Notes under the pieces: generated by a model
Databases searched by the model: none
What the model saw: the letters and a program-made list of their open reading frames with translations, nothing else
What the model was told of the DNA's origin: nothing
Part shown: positions 1-13,250 of the stretch, piece by piece
Layout: each line of letters begins with the position of its first letter
Numbering within the stretch: the first letter of the stretch is position 1
Made by a program: the position numbers and the translations under genes
DNA from: Sminthopsis crassicaudata
Taxonomy: Eukaryota
Assembly: GCF_048593235.1 (NCBI RefSeq)
Contig: NC_133617.1
Location: 376,654,067-376,718,066, forward strand
Direction of reading: 5' to 3'
DNA length: 64,000 nucleotides

Positions 1-784
1 GAATTTGAAAAATAGTTGCTATGGATTTTAAAAATGAAATTTCAAAACTCTGGGACATTTCATCTCAGATGAGAATTAGAGGTCATCACAGTTTCCTTTG
101 AGGTTAATTCAAGGCTTTTGGTTGTTATCTGATAAAAACAAACACCAAACACTGAACAAAAGCCCTTCTTTTCCTTTAGCTTTAGTTAACCATGCTTAGA
201 CACTGCTGGGGGCCAAACATAGGAAATACTATAAACTAAATGAATCAATTTTCCTCTAAAAGGGCTGTCTAGTGAAAATGGATATTGTTGTGTCATACTG
301 TGAGCTACTTAGCTGATATAAACTGGGGGGAAAATGCATCAGTGATGCGTTTAAGAGTTTGGAAAGGGAACTGGAAGTCTGATTTATAAGACTACCAGAG
401 GAGAGGGGTTATAAGTTTATTATCATCATGGTATCATAGGGACTCGGATAAATTTCTTACAGATTCCCTCCCTGCAGCCTCCTGCCCATTTTTTCTTAGG
501 CCTAAACAATTTTAATTTAGGACTTGGTCATTGACACCTCAATTCTGTGAATGAGGAGGGATGGATTTTTACCTGGGAGAAAATATATCTATTGCTTGGA
601 GCTTGTCTGGTTCACCTTTCCTCCCCGCCTCTCCTTTTTGAAAATAAAGCTGGTGAACCCCAGAGAGGTTAAGTTATGAGCTCACATTCACACAGAGTGA
701 GGATTCAAACACAGGTTCTCTGACTTTAAATGCAGTGTTCTTCTTACTGTAGATATTACCTGCCTTGAGGAATAATTACCTGTT

Positions 785-829
785 ACATATATATGTGTGT
801 GTGTGTGTGTGTGTGTATACATATATATA
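785..829. repeat. (TA)n/(TG)n microsatellite
   Basis: Directly visible tatatat(gt)n-atacatatata run. Confidence 0.95.
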
Positions 830-997
830 ATAATGCCTGGTATATATTTGTTGAATTGATGGAAGTTCCCTTGTGCTGTAAAAGGGGATTATGGATAAGC
901 ATTCCAAAATTAGAAAAACTGTATATATACTTAATACACACATACACATACACACATGTACATATTTCATATATATTTTGTATTTCAAAAATCTGAA

Positions 998-1150
998 CCC
1001 CGTGGTCAACTAAATGGAGCAATGGAGAGAGCACTGGTTCCGAAGTCAAGTGGACCTGAATTTAAATCCTGCTTCAGACCTTTAGTATGTACCAGCTGTG
1101 TGACCCTGGGCAAGTCACTTAACCCTAATTGACTCAAAAAAAAAAAAAAA
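998..1150 (+). mobile_element. WSINE1-like marsupial tRNA-derived/CORE SINE with poly(A) tail and TSD
   Basis: Body ...cagctgtgtgaccctgggcaagtcacttaaccc..., A-tail to 1150, and aaaaatctgaa present on both flanks (987-997 and ending at 1157). Confidence 0.85.
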
Positions 1151-1710
1151 ATCTGAAGGAGTTCCTGTACTTATTTCTTATGAGTACAATGAATGAAGTA
1201 AAACTGAAAATAGTGAATTATCAGTTATCTCAGATGGAAACCAACACTAGGAGGACACTTTCTTCTAAGAAAAAACACTAATAGCCTTTGCTAAAGTTGC
1301 CAGTTTCAGAAGATGATAGCCTAGTTTACTCTTACTCTTGCTTAATCATTATAGAATAAATTTTAATTGGTATGAACTGACCACAGAATGGATGGATGGG
1401 GAGATGGATGGATGAAAAAGCATTTACTAAGCCCTTACTATGTAAAAAGCATCCTGGAAAGTGCTGAAAGTACAAAAACAATAGTTGTCAAAGATACCTT
1501 CTCTTTCCTACACAGCTAGGGTTCTTGCTGACAGACCCATGTCATAAATCTAAAGAGTACTTATTTTTAATATCTAAGAAAAGAGAAGAAAGGTATATAT
1601 TTTTCTTGGACTTCTCACTGTACAACTTGGCAAATAGTTTTTGTGAGTGGCAATGGCCCCCAAACTTATCATACTGTACCTGAACTAATGAAGGGCTTAT
1701 CTGAACTTAC

Positions 1711-1869
1711 CTAGGCTGACCTCCCAATTAGAGTCATCCAGCCCATTGCCAAGGTTACACTTGAATGCCTCCCAGTTTGACAGGACTTCTGTTCCACTAT
1801 CATAGCCTTTGAGTGCTCTGGATCCTCCTCATGCAAATAGGAGCCATCCAAGGAGGATTTGTGTGCAGC
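1711..1869 (-). other. Candidate 159-nt internal exon (non-coding or poison)
   Basis: Minus strand: gctaat...ctttatttcttttgaatccacctataacttttag| acceptor and CTAG|gtaagt donor. GC is higher than the background. Phase 0 is open for 52 codons and ends in TAG at the last codon. Confidence 0.3.
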
Positions 1870-3601
1870 CTAAAAGTTATAGGTGGATTCAAAAGAAATA
1901 AAGATTAGCTTTAGAGAGGTACATTTTCACCCCAAACCTCTTTTATCAAATTAACATGGTTCCCTAATTCACTTGAATATCTACATTCCACATTCATCTA
2001 TTTAGATATGAAAATATTAGCTTTGAACAAAACAAAGACGGTTGTAGGAAAGGATGAGTATGATTGGGAAGAAGCAATATCAAGAATATGGTAATATCGT
2101 TTAGTAATCTATATTCTTCAGTATCCAGAGAGTGATTCTGAGATTTACAGTGCATAAGCAGAGATTTGCAGTATTCCTTTAAAACTAAGTGGGGTTTTTT
2201 GGTCATAATAAAACAATATTAGAAGGTGAACAAGGCAATAAAGAAGCATTCTCTGCACAAATGAGCAGTAGGGGGAGGCAGGCATTTGGCATCCACACCA
2301 TCATTGCATCTTCCTTCCTAATTGTTTTGTTTCTAGTGAGGGGAAGCACAAAATTATAATTGTCCATTTATTGCTTTCTTTGTTTTGTTCAGCCAACAAG
2401 CAGCAGCCAAGCATGTTTTCTTGTGTGGTTTAATCTCATTACACAGTTTCTCTGTGAATAAAGCCCATAAGCTAACAGTTCATAACAGGATTACATAGAT
2501 TGGCTTATTTTATACAATTTTCTAAACAAGGTTATTCAAGGATTCTTCCCTGAGTATTCTTCTCTCCTATTGTCCTGTTTGGTATATTTTCTAAACTTCA
2601 CTTTTAAATTCTTTTTCAATTTCCCCTATCTTTATTTTAACTCTTTTGCTTCCTGTCTTCTTCTTTTAAAAATAATTTTCCACAAAGACAAGGCAATGTC
2701 CTCTCACAGGGGTGGGATGGCTTTAAGGCTTATCGTAATGTCAGCAAGGATTGGAGCATTAATCAGCCATGCACATGTGTGTATTGAATACACAGGGAAA
2801 GAGATTTATGACAAGCAAGCAAAGCAGGGCTTCCCTTCCTTCATTTTGTTGCTTTCCTTCAGAAAGAGTGGTCTATGAGATAGTAGGTGGCATCCCCCAA
2901 CTGGCCATCCCTGCAATGAATTCAGCTTCAAGGGCACATAATCACATCTTCTGTAATGAAAGAAACTTAGCTTGTACCCAGACAGTAAATCACAAAGATG
3001 AGATCCTCTCAATAAAGCATTTCTTAAATGCTGGAGCAAACCTCCATTAACCAAGTGCTTCCTCGTAAATCGAAGCAAAAATTAAATTAACCACCAGCTT
3101 GCAATCCTGTAATTAAAATTGCATAGGGTTCTCTCATCCAAATATCAATTAATATTCTCTTTTCTTTTATGCATTTGCCTCAATATAGATGGAAACATAA
3201 GTGTGGGTGAAATAGCTTCTCTTTTTGTGACTTTAAAAAAAGCTATACTAGAAGGAGTCATTACCTGACAATAGCTAGAGCGACAGCCGTTTTACAACAA
3301 AGAAGGTTATGGAAGGAAGCTAAAGAGAAGAAAAGAAAAAAAATACGCAAAGTGATGGTTGGGATGTTATTTAATTCTGAAACTGAAGCTAGACTTAATC
3401 ATAAGAGAATTCCAACCAGACAGAGTGGGAGACTTTGTGACCCAGTATTTCCATAGCCATTATCTAGAGAATACAAATTCCCAGGACAGGGAGTTTCAAA
3501 ATAGGAGGATGCATTGTTATGTTTTATTTTTGATTTAAAGCAATCTTTTCCATTCCCTTAGCAAAACTTGGAGACATTACTTGCCCGTCATTGCTCTAGA
3601 T

Positions 3602-3792
3602 CAAAGCTTCTAAAACTGTGGGTCATGACACCATATGGGTCTCGTAATGTAATGTGGGGCTTGTGAAATTATGATTTATTATCAGTATATGTTTGATTTG
3701 TATCTTTATTTTATATATCTATATATCTAGGGCCATGTAAAAATTTCTCCTGTGAAAAGGAGTGGCGAGCGGACAAAGTTTAAGAAGGCCTG
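3602..3792. mobile_element. Non-autonomous hAT-Charlie-type DNA transposon (MITE)
   Basis: Termini caaagcttctaaaac...tttaagaaggcctg are degenerate TIRs. The 8-bp flanks ctctagat and atctagag fit the TCTAGA target preference of Charlie elements. Confidence 0.75.
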
Positions 3793-4119
3793 ATCTAGAG
3801 AACTGAAATAAGTGTGGCCAATAATTTGAAGTGGAAAGTTAAGTAAATTACTCCAGTCCAAGATATTTTTTTTCTTGAATACAAGCTCCATAATCTGGGA
3901 TTGTAAAAGAGACAAAGAAATATACTATTGTTTGACCTCAGCAAGAGAATACTGCTGCAGAAGCAAGACAAAATGCAGGGAAACATTATCAACAATCCAA
4001 AGCTGTATGTGATATCAGCTTGGTGATTGATCAGTTTGCCAATAAGTATTTATCAAATACATACTCTGAGCCAAGCATTGCACTAGTTGTGGGGAAATAC
4101 TTTGCATGTTATTAGCTGG

Positions 4120-4541
4120 TCAGGTCACAAGCATTTATTAAGCAACCTATTCCATGTAAGGCAATTCCTTAAGTACTTGGCAATCAAAGAAATGCAAATT
4201 ACAGTCTCTGCTCTCAAAAAACTCACAGTCCAATGGGGGATAAAACATGCGAACAACTATGTACAAGTTATATATGAGATAATTTGAAGATAATAAATTA
4301 AGATAAGACATTAGCATTAAGGGAGATCAGGAAAAGCTTGTTTTAAAAGCTGGAATTTTAGCTGAGACTTGAAGGAAGTAAGGGAAGTTTGGAGGTAGAG
4401 TAACGAGAGAGAAAGTTCAGGCATGGGGAGCAGCAACAGCAAACACCATGAGTTGTAAGATGGAATTTCTCAAATTCAATGAACAAGCAAAAAAGACTGT
4501 GACCACTGTATTGCTGAGCGTGGGGGAAAGGGAGAGAGAAA

Positions 4542-4628
<87 letters not shown>

Positions 4629-4840
4629 TATAAGTAGTAATAGGACTGAAAAATACAAAAGGACCAGATTAGGGGGGAAATTGGGGGGAAGGGGGTGGTA
4701 AAAGCTAAGCAAGAGATTTTATATTTGATTTTGGAGATAATAGGAAGCAATGGAGTTTTTTGAATGCTGAGGCAGAGCATATGGTCAAATTTGAGTTTCA
4801 GGAAGATCAAATTGACAATTAAATGGAAGCTGTATGAAAA
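4120..4840 (-). mobile_element. LINE-2 3' fragment interrupted by (GA)n
   Basis: aagcatttattaagcaacctattccatgtaaggca... and ctgctctcaaaaaactcacagtccaatggggga match the reverse complement of the L2 3' end. Confidence 0.7.
4548..4624. repeat. (GA)n microsatellite
   Basis: Uninterrupted AG run, directly visible. Confidence 0.98.
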
Positions 4841-6464
4841 GTCTTCTGGAATTCAGTTGTGATAATAACTGATTTATAAAGCAGAGAAATAAATTGTGTA
4901 AATCACAGATATTAGGCAAGGAGCTTCTGCCATTTCCTACTACTAAATGGCACCTTCTTGCAAGGAGATGATAATTCTTACTGGCTATACTTATGCAGGG
5001 CAGAGGGAATGTGTGTATGTAAATTTCTATGTGGCTTTTACTAAAGGTTTATACCTGTTCAACCTCTGTTTTGCCAAGACTAATTAGTTATTGCTATTTT
5101 GTGCTGCATTACATCCTGGCTCTCACCATCTAACTCCTTAGGCTCTCACTTCTGACTGGGGACAGGGATATAAAAGAAACCCCACACTGAAAGCCTCCCT
5201 AAGTTTTCTCAGGCTCTCACTCTTTTTCTTCTTTGCTTTTAGCTTGTTCACATTCCCCAGTGTTCTGTCCTCTCATTGGTTTCCCCTGACCCTCTCTTCC
5301 TTTCCTTCATATTCAGAGGTTCTGTATGCTTTCATGACTTAGATTAGCTAGGCATTTGATATCTTTTTATGATTTTCAGAGAAAAAGTTCTGTGAAATTA
5401 CCTCCTGTTCCCTGTAACTTCCTATTTCTTTTAAATTTGTCTCAGATTTGTGAACTCCTCAGCTGAGGAAACAGTTTATCCCATTCTGTTCCAATTCTTC
5501 CTAAATGAGATTGCTTCAATTAAGGTGACCTTGGGGAGTGCTGTTTTCCTTGCTCTCTCTCCCTACTCTTTCCCCCTCCTATCCTGTACCTTCTTACTTT
5601 CTCATAGGACATTATTCAAAATCCTTTGCTTTAAGCTGATAAAACATTTAGCAGTCTTAGAGACCTCCTTTCATTAGGCATTCTGAATGTAATGATGACC
5701 CCTTCTCAGGAAAAATATTGTCCAAACCAGTCATGTGCCAGGAGTCTGAGTTCTATCAGTCATTTTGCACTATAAGGATAGCAATCTTACATTTATTCTT
5801 TTATTATCCTCTCTGCTCTTCTGTTTTTATTTTTGCTTGCTTTGATTGTTTTTATAGTTACTTATAAGCCTGATGGCTTCAAATATATGTATATAATAAC
5901 ATGTATAGGTGAGTAAATCTAATTAGTGTTATGTAATATGTAAATAATGGAGTCCCTCTCAATCAACTTAGAACTCATTGATGCATCTTTGCTCTACCTG
6001 AGTTTTTTCCAGTGTCACTTGCAGGAAGTTCAAGGCTACTGGGGAAACGATGAGCTAGAGAACATGAAATGGACCTGTGTGTTAAATGGTTAGTGAAACA
6101 CAACAGGGGACTACTCTGCTATTAATGGTATCTGATAGGATTTTCTTTGACAGGACAAATCAAACTATAGATTTTATCAACTGAGTGAGTTCTTCCCTAT
6201 GGTGTCACATAAAAAATTAGTTACTTGTTCTTTCACTGTTCATATAGTATTATGAATTTAGATACCTGCCCATGTGTCTCCAAGCATTTTGGTGTTTCCA
6301 GAGCTAGGAAAATTTGGTTGAAAAGGCTGGATCATGCATTGAGGTTTCATTTTTGAGAGTCTATCAATCAAAATATGTTTATTAAATATTATTCAATAAA
6401 TGTAATATTCAATACAATGCTGGTTATGTTGTCTCAGAGGTATGCTAGAGCTTTAGCTCTGAGA

Positions 6465-6650
6465 CTTAATTATTAAATTTTCAATGTAAGAACTTGGAAA
6501 ATCATAAATCAGGAACTCATTTGTTATTCTGTTGATTTCTAGCCTTAAGGAAGTAATTGAGAAAATGTTAATAATGTGGTTAAACTTAAATGTTTGTTAT
6601 GCATACTTTTTTTTCAGATCCAGTTATTAAATCTTTATAAGCATATCCTT
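6465..6650 (+). mobile_element. MER63_Marsup-like hAT element fragment
   Basis: ttattaaattttcaatgtaag...gagaaaatgttaataatgtggttaaacttaaatgt resembles the recalled consensus and the second copy at 60515-60730. Confidence 0.6.
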
Positions 6651-7631
6651 ATTATGTCTGTTTATTTTCAATTGAAAAAAATAGAGAGGATCCATTCTTC
6701 CCCTCTCACCTTAAGGATCCGAAAATTTAAATTTATGATATCTCATTCATCTTCTTTCAGATTGTGTACCTACAAATATATTTGGATAGACTCAAACCAT
6801 TTGGTTAGTCAAAACATTGGGAAATTCTGAGCTTCTCATTTAATAAAAGGGGAATATATCCAAGAATGAAAATTTTAATACATTAAATTTATATTTCCTT
6901 CCTTATTCACTAAGCACTTTCCCCACAACCCTGTAAAATAGATTAGATTGAGGGAAAAAAAATTATCACCATTTTATAGATTGAAAAGTGAAGGATTGGA
7001 ATTATGAAAAGTAGTGACTTCTAAATCTCAAAGCAAGGGTTCTTCTCCCTATAAGGTCATGCCTCACAGTCTGTCTCTCTACATAAAATAGCCCTTATAT
7101 CCATATATGTCTCGAGGACTAATAAGTACATAATACAAGTATTAGGGACAGAGTAATTTTCCAGCTAGTTGCCACAGTACTTTCCCTCAGGAAAAGGGAA
7201 ACTAGAAGCATAAGTGAAATAAATGATGTTCAGGTGAGATCTGCTGTAGCCTGAATGACTGGGAGGAGTGATCATTCCAGAGAAGTGGTACCTCTGGTGT
7301 AAATTTCTCCTATAAAAAAGGGCAATCACCTGCTTTGTCAGTGAGGTTTGCTTGGATCCCCAGGCATTCTTAGGTTTCCAAGAAGCTGTAGTGACAAGCT
7401 AAGCCTTTGACTAGGAGATTACGGCCTTCCTGGGGTGAAGGTATAAACTGTCACCCACAGGCCACTTAGAGCCTAGGCTTAGTACTCAACTATTTTCTGT
7501 ATAGTAAAGGCCTACTTTTCTCCATAAACCTATGGCCAGAATACTTGGTTTGCTTGGATTTTAAAAAAGGTTAAAAAATAATAAATTTATTCGTGATTAG
7601 GGGAAGTCTGTTTTCCTGTTATCTGTTGCAT

Positions 7632-7848
7632 TTTTGTTGTTCAGACATTTTCAGTCATGTGTGACTCTTTGTGACTCCATTTGGGCTTTTCTTCACAAAG
7701 ACACTGGAGTGGTTTGCCATTTCCTTCTCCAGCTGATTTTTCAGATGAGGAACTGAAGCTAAGAGGGTTAAATGACTTGCTTGATCACTAAGCTAAAAAG
7801 TATTTTAGGTCGGATTTGAACTTCAGGTCTAATACTTTATCCACTGTG
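7632..7848 (-). mobile_element. MAR1-type marsupial SINE
   Basis: gttgttcagacattttcagtcatgtgtgactctttgtgactccatttggg...actggagtggtttgccatttccttctccagct...cagatgagga is the reverse of the MAR1 3' end plus CORE. Confidence 0.8.
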
Positions 7849-10800
7849 TCAAAAAATACAGGTTCTAGTCTCAGTCCAGCCACTAACTGCCTCCTAACTA
7901 TCCAGAATTTGTTTAATTATTGTCATTTATTGTAACTAAAACATCATTATTTAATTACATGCTTAGGTTACCTGTCCCTAGTGTCTATGTTGTCACTACA
8001 GGTTTTATTTGAAAAGGAAAAACACAAATATAATAATGTACAAAAATTATTATTTTAAAAGGTTCCACCTAATGAATATTTTCTGTTGCAAAAGAATTAC
8101 CATGAACACCAACAGACTCATTCTTTGGCTTATAGCTAGTTTGTATTCCAATGAGACACTTTTATCCCTTCCCTTGGCCTGGTAATATTTGATATGGATT
8201 CTTAAAACATTTGCAATCTTAACTGATTCAACAAATTCCTTTTGCTATTCATACTTCAAGTCTGGTTTTTCAAGCCCTTTTTCATAATCCCATACTACAG
8301 TTTCTCATCTATTTCTTTATAATAATGCCTATCAGCACTGTTATCCCCTGACAGTTGTTATTGCTTTCTCTTTGTATGGTAGAATCTTATGGGATCTTTT
8401 ATTTTGTTTGTTTGCTTATGTTTTTATGCAAACAGCAGGCCTTTAAAAAACATATTTAAGAGAGGGTCATTGGTTTACTGAGGAATATTTAAGGAAGGGT
8501 GCATTGATAGTATAGAGAGGAGGTGTGCAAAAACTAGTGTGTTCCTCTCTAGTATGGGACCAATACTGCCCCTATCTCTAAATTTGGCAGGTGCCACTTT
8601 AGGTCTGGCCCTGGCATCCTCAAAATGGGACAAAAACTGGATGAGACCTAGGAGATCTCTAGAGAGAGACTCAGGTCCAAAGAACCTCAGGACACAATAA
8701 GAAAAGGAAGGCTATAATGATCCTGAGACACATTGCTCCCTGCAATTGATATATTATTACCCCAAGATCTTGCTGGGGTTTTTGGGATCATGAGCACCCC
8801 ATAATCAAAGTCAGTCACTGAATTATAGATCTTATCGGGATTTTTAATAAAATTATAATGGCAATGAGACTGAGATTAGGTATCATAGGGGCGATTTGTT
8901 TTCAAATGTTCCATACAGAAGTAGTCTGGAGTATGTCAATCTTTTCATTTCATCAAGAAATGGTCTGACTATAGGTTGACAAAATGATTGACTACAATAG
9001 CATAAGTACATTTTGAACACTTGTTGACTTGTCATTTCACCTTCAAAAGTCAAGATACCTGACCGTCAGTGATTACACTTTTTTTGCCTCTTAACCTGGC
9101 AGTACTCATTTGAGGAGTTCTAATCTAAATCCTTAATTTTATAGCTACGGAAAGTGAATCTTATAAGTAAAAAAGCTTAAGGTTAAGAAGCAAGTAGGTT
9201 AGAAGTTGTCATTTAGTCAGGGGAGTCAGGTTGTTAATAATAAGGAATAATATTATGCAAGTATAAAATTATAGGGTTTTTGTTTGTTTTTTAGATAGAA
9301 AGAAGATAATCCTCGCAAGACATAGGAGGAAATTAGAAACCAGCAAACCTTGGTAGCTTCTAAAGGTGCTAAAAACCTTTATCATACAGTCATCCCATAG
9401 TTTCAAGGAAAATGTATACTGCCTTTATTTAATCATTGTCCCATGCAGAACATATTGCATCAAACTTGAGGTTTCTGTTCCACTCAGATAGCTTTTTAGC
9501 AAATTTAGACAAAACTAAAATTGAACTCATCAGTCATTTCATTATTGGCTGCTTTCTCATTCCTGTTTATCCCTTCTAATAGATCTATCCTGCCTTCTCC
9601 CTGCTGAAATTTCTGCATTTTGATGTGGGTGTGGGTATATGTGGTGGGAGAGTGTCACACTCCTACTTGTTCTTTCTGCTAATGATCCTGTTAACTGGTT
9701 TCTGTTTGTTTTTATAGATTGTTCTCATCTTCTTTACTAGGCTGTTTATATTTCTAAGTGCTTCTGATTGATTGAATTTTTTCTTACATCACTGCTTAAC
9801 TCAATGGTCTCTATTGCCCTTTTCAATTCCAAAGTTTAACTGAGATAAATTTCAAATTCCGTTCCTCTAACTATTCCTCTAATACTGAGTTTCTCATATT
9901 TCCGATGGTAATTTTATAGGCGATCAGTCGTAGAATTTCAACCCCTTTTAAGTTAGTTTTTTTCTCTTTCTATCCATAAATAAGTGCATTATTTTGGTAA
10001 GGGTTCTTTCCCTGCTAATTTTGTGTGACTAAGATTATCTCTTTTTATTGGAGTATCAATAAACCATTTGGGCTTCTTCAGTTGAATTCTTCTGAATTAT
10101 CATTTGCCCAGGAGCATTTCAACTATGTCCACTCATCCACCTCCTAATCTATAGTTCACAGACTCTCCTCAAAAAATAACTTGATTAAGCTGTTTTGAGG
10201 GAAAATGAAACTTCTAGATGACAATTGCTTTATAATATTGTCTTTAGGGAGAGAAATATTAAATAAAAAGCTTTCATTCTCAGTTTTAAGTCTAGGTTTT
10301 AGGAGATCTATTAATTTAGACAAATATCTATTTCTATCTATATATAAGTAAATTTATTATTATTATTATTATTATTATTTTCTTTTTTATTAAACTAAAA
10401 CTTCCTTTTATAGTTCCATTTATTTTATTTGGTCCATTTATAAGCATTAGGCTGAGATAGTTTCCTTATACTTCACTCTCATAGGAGGCTCTAATGTACC
10501 ACCCACAAAGGTTCAGAACCCCAATAATCATTTGTTAAATACTTTAAATCTCTTCATATATATTTTTACTTATAAAAGGAGATTATAGGATTAGAAGTTT
10601 TGAGCCAAGAGGTTCAACAATGGTCATTTCAAAAGAAATTAGGTGTCTTTCATATTGGATAGAATGCTGTTCTTGGAGTTATTAAGATTTAAGTTATCTC
10701 TTTAAATCTAATTTTTGTATCCATGATAACTTCATTTTGGTAAATGTTATTAAAAATATTGATTTATTCCCAATTTCTGTCAAACTCTCTTAGTTTTCAC

Positions 10801-11619
10801 AACAATTTTACCAAATAATGAATTATCTTTATACTTATTAAACACAAGTTCACTATATTCATTTGCTGCTACAAATTTTATATCAATTTTGTTCCATTTC
10901 AATATTTTATCCAGTACCAGATAATTTTGATAATTATTGCCTTATCATATAGTGATCTAGTACTGCTAAGACTTCTTCCTTTTATTAATTAGGAATTAAG
11001 TTTTAAAAGATGAGTTCAAATTCTGCCTCAAACACTAGCTATCTGAGTGAGTCCAAGTCTTACTTTCCTAATCTATGAAAAAGAATAGCACCTAAATTAT
11101 AAGTTGTTTTGAGAATTAAATAGTAAAATATTTGTAAAGCAATATATAAATGCTATAAATTATTATTAATGGCATCTGTTCTATCTTCTTTATTTTACAA
11201 TTAGGATAGACTAGATTTGAACAGTCAGTATATGTTAGAGGCACTAAATAGTTTCAGGACATTAATATTGTCCTTTCATTTTTACCTCATTATGTAATCT
11301 AGGGGGAATGTGCTACATTTGAAGTCAGAAAATACAAATTCAGATTGTGGCTTTACAACTTTACTCTTGGTATGTACACAGATCTAGATCTAGATCTAGA
11401 TATATTATTCTCTAGATTCTCTTTTCATATCTGTCACTGTATTGATATTTGGTCTTATATAAGTCATGTGACCTCTCTGATCCTCAGTTCCTCATCTCTG
11501 TAATGAATGATTTGGATTAAAGGGTTTCAAATATCCCTTCCCACTTAAAACAAAAACTATGATCTTACACTTAGATTTCTGTATCTTCCTCTGTCCATAG
11601 TATTAAGAATAATAACAAT

Positions 11620-11810
11620 AATAAATAATTTGTCATTAGTATGGTGTTTTAAAGTTTGCAAAATACTTTCTGTGTTATTCTCTTTGATGTTCACAAGACT
11701 GTAAGTTGCTTGATAATATCCTCATTTTACAGGTGAGGAAACTGAGGCAGAGAGTGATTAAATGGCTTGCCAGAGATTACACAAACTTAAGTGTCTGAGG
11801 CTAGCTTGAA
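11620..11810 (-). mobile_element. MIR/CORE-SINE
   Basis: cctcattttacaggtgaggaaactgaggcagagagtgattaaatggcttgcc is the reverse CORE domain. Confidence 0.75.
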
Positions 11811-12875
11811 TTGAGATATCCTTAAACACCTAAATACTAAAGTACTGAGTCTCCTTGGAAGTTCTGATTGATATGAATGGAGAGAAAATGGAAGATTTGC
11901 ATCTAATAGGATATACAAAAATAAGATGCAATGGTTGAGTGACATTTAAAAAAAAGACAGGAAAAAAAGAAAGAAATTTAAGTACATGAGATACTGGGAA
12001 GAAGATGTAGGGAATACAAAATAAGAGTCAGATGGGAGGAGCATTTCTAGTTCTTATTGCAGGGAAATCCAGTGGTTTTTAAGGGAACTCTATATGGAAG
12101 AGTAGTGAAAAGATGAAGACAGTACAAGGATAGGTGAAGTGGACAGAATGGATGAAAACTGAAGTCTGGTGCTAAGCCCGTTATCTAGTTAGAAGGAGAT
12201 CGACTATTGGGGATTCCTTTGTTTGGAGGAGTCATTCTCTCCAGGACCAAACATCTCATTAAATGTCTTCCTTAATTTTGGTGATGTCCTGAAGATAATT
12301 CTAGCAGTCAGCGAACTGGTTGGTGTGCCTGCCAGCATAGGAACAGCCGAGACTGTTCACTGTTTGCACTTGGTCTATCAGCTGCAATAAATTTTAATCG
12401 TCCAGCCACTCTTCAAGCATGCTACTGTTTGCCAAGCACTATTTTTGGCAGGCATCAGTAACAAAGCCTAATGCATTATGCATACTTTGACAGTTTTTCA
12501 TTGTATTAGTCTATTTAGTATTTGTTTGGAATTTTTGTAAATTCATTACCAAAGTATTATCATATTAATAACTTTGGTAACAAAACTATTAGACAAATAT
12601 TAATACCCCTATGCCATATGGTATGTATCATATGATGGGAAAATAGAAACCATCAATCACTATTTGAATTTTAGACAATATTACCATTTATTTGGGAATG
12701 AAATTTTAAGGAAAATACATTTTAGCCATAGGGGGAAAAATAATCACTGTCATGGTTCAGTTCAGTCCAACTGAACAATGCTTTTAAAAATATTGGCTAT
12801 GTGTAAGACACTGAACTTGAATATATTCCTTGAATATTCTTTTCTGTTTTTTATTTCTTTTTGTCTTGTTTTCCC

Positions 12876-13066
12876 NNNNNNNNNNNNNNNNNNNNNNNNN
12901 NNNNNNNNNNNNNNNNNNNNNNNNNNNNNNNNNNNNNNNNNNNNNNNNNNNNNNNNNNNNNNNNNNNNNNNNNNNNNNNNNNNNNNNNNNNNNNNNNNNN
13001 NNNNNNNNNNNNNNNNNNNNNNNNNNNNNNNNNNNNNNNNNNNNNNNNNNNNNNNNNNNNNNNNNN
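12876..13066. other. Assembly gap (N run)
   Basis: N bases. Confidence 1.
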
Positions 13067-13111
13067 TATCTCTCTGTCTCTCTTTGTGTATGTCTCTATC
13101 TCTGACTCTGT

Positions 13112-13250
13112 NNNNNNNNNNNNNNNNNNNNNNNNNNNNNNNNNNNNNNNNNNNNNNNNNNNNNNNNNNNNNNNNNNNNNNNNNNNNNNNNNNNNNNNNN
13201 NNNNNNNNNNNNNNNNNNNNNNNNNNNNNNNNNNNNNNNNNNNNNNNNNN
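13112..13250. other. Assembly gap (N run)
   Basis: N bases, flanked by TC-rich simple repeat. Confidence 1.

Noticed and set aside
4358-4810. LS/ER-repeat ORFs (also 776-1049, 13969-14365, 63142-63518)
   Set aside because: These are translations of (GA)n, (TG)n and purine-rich simple repeats.
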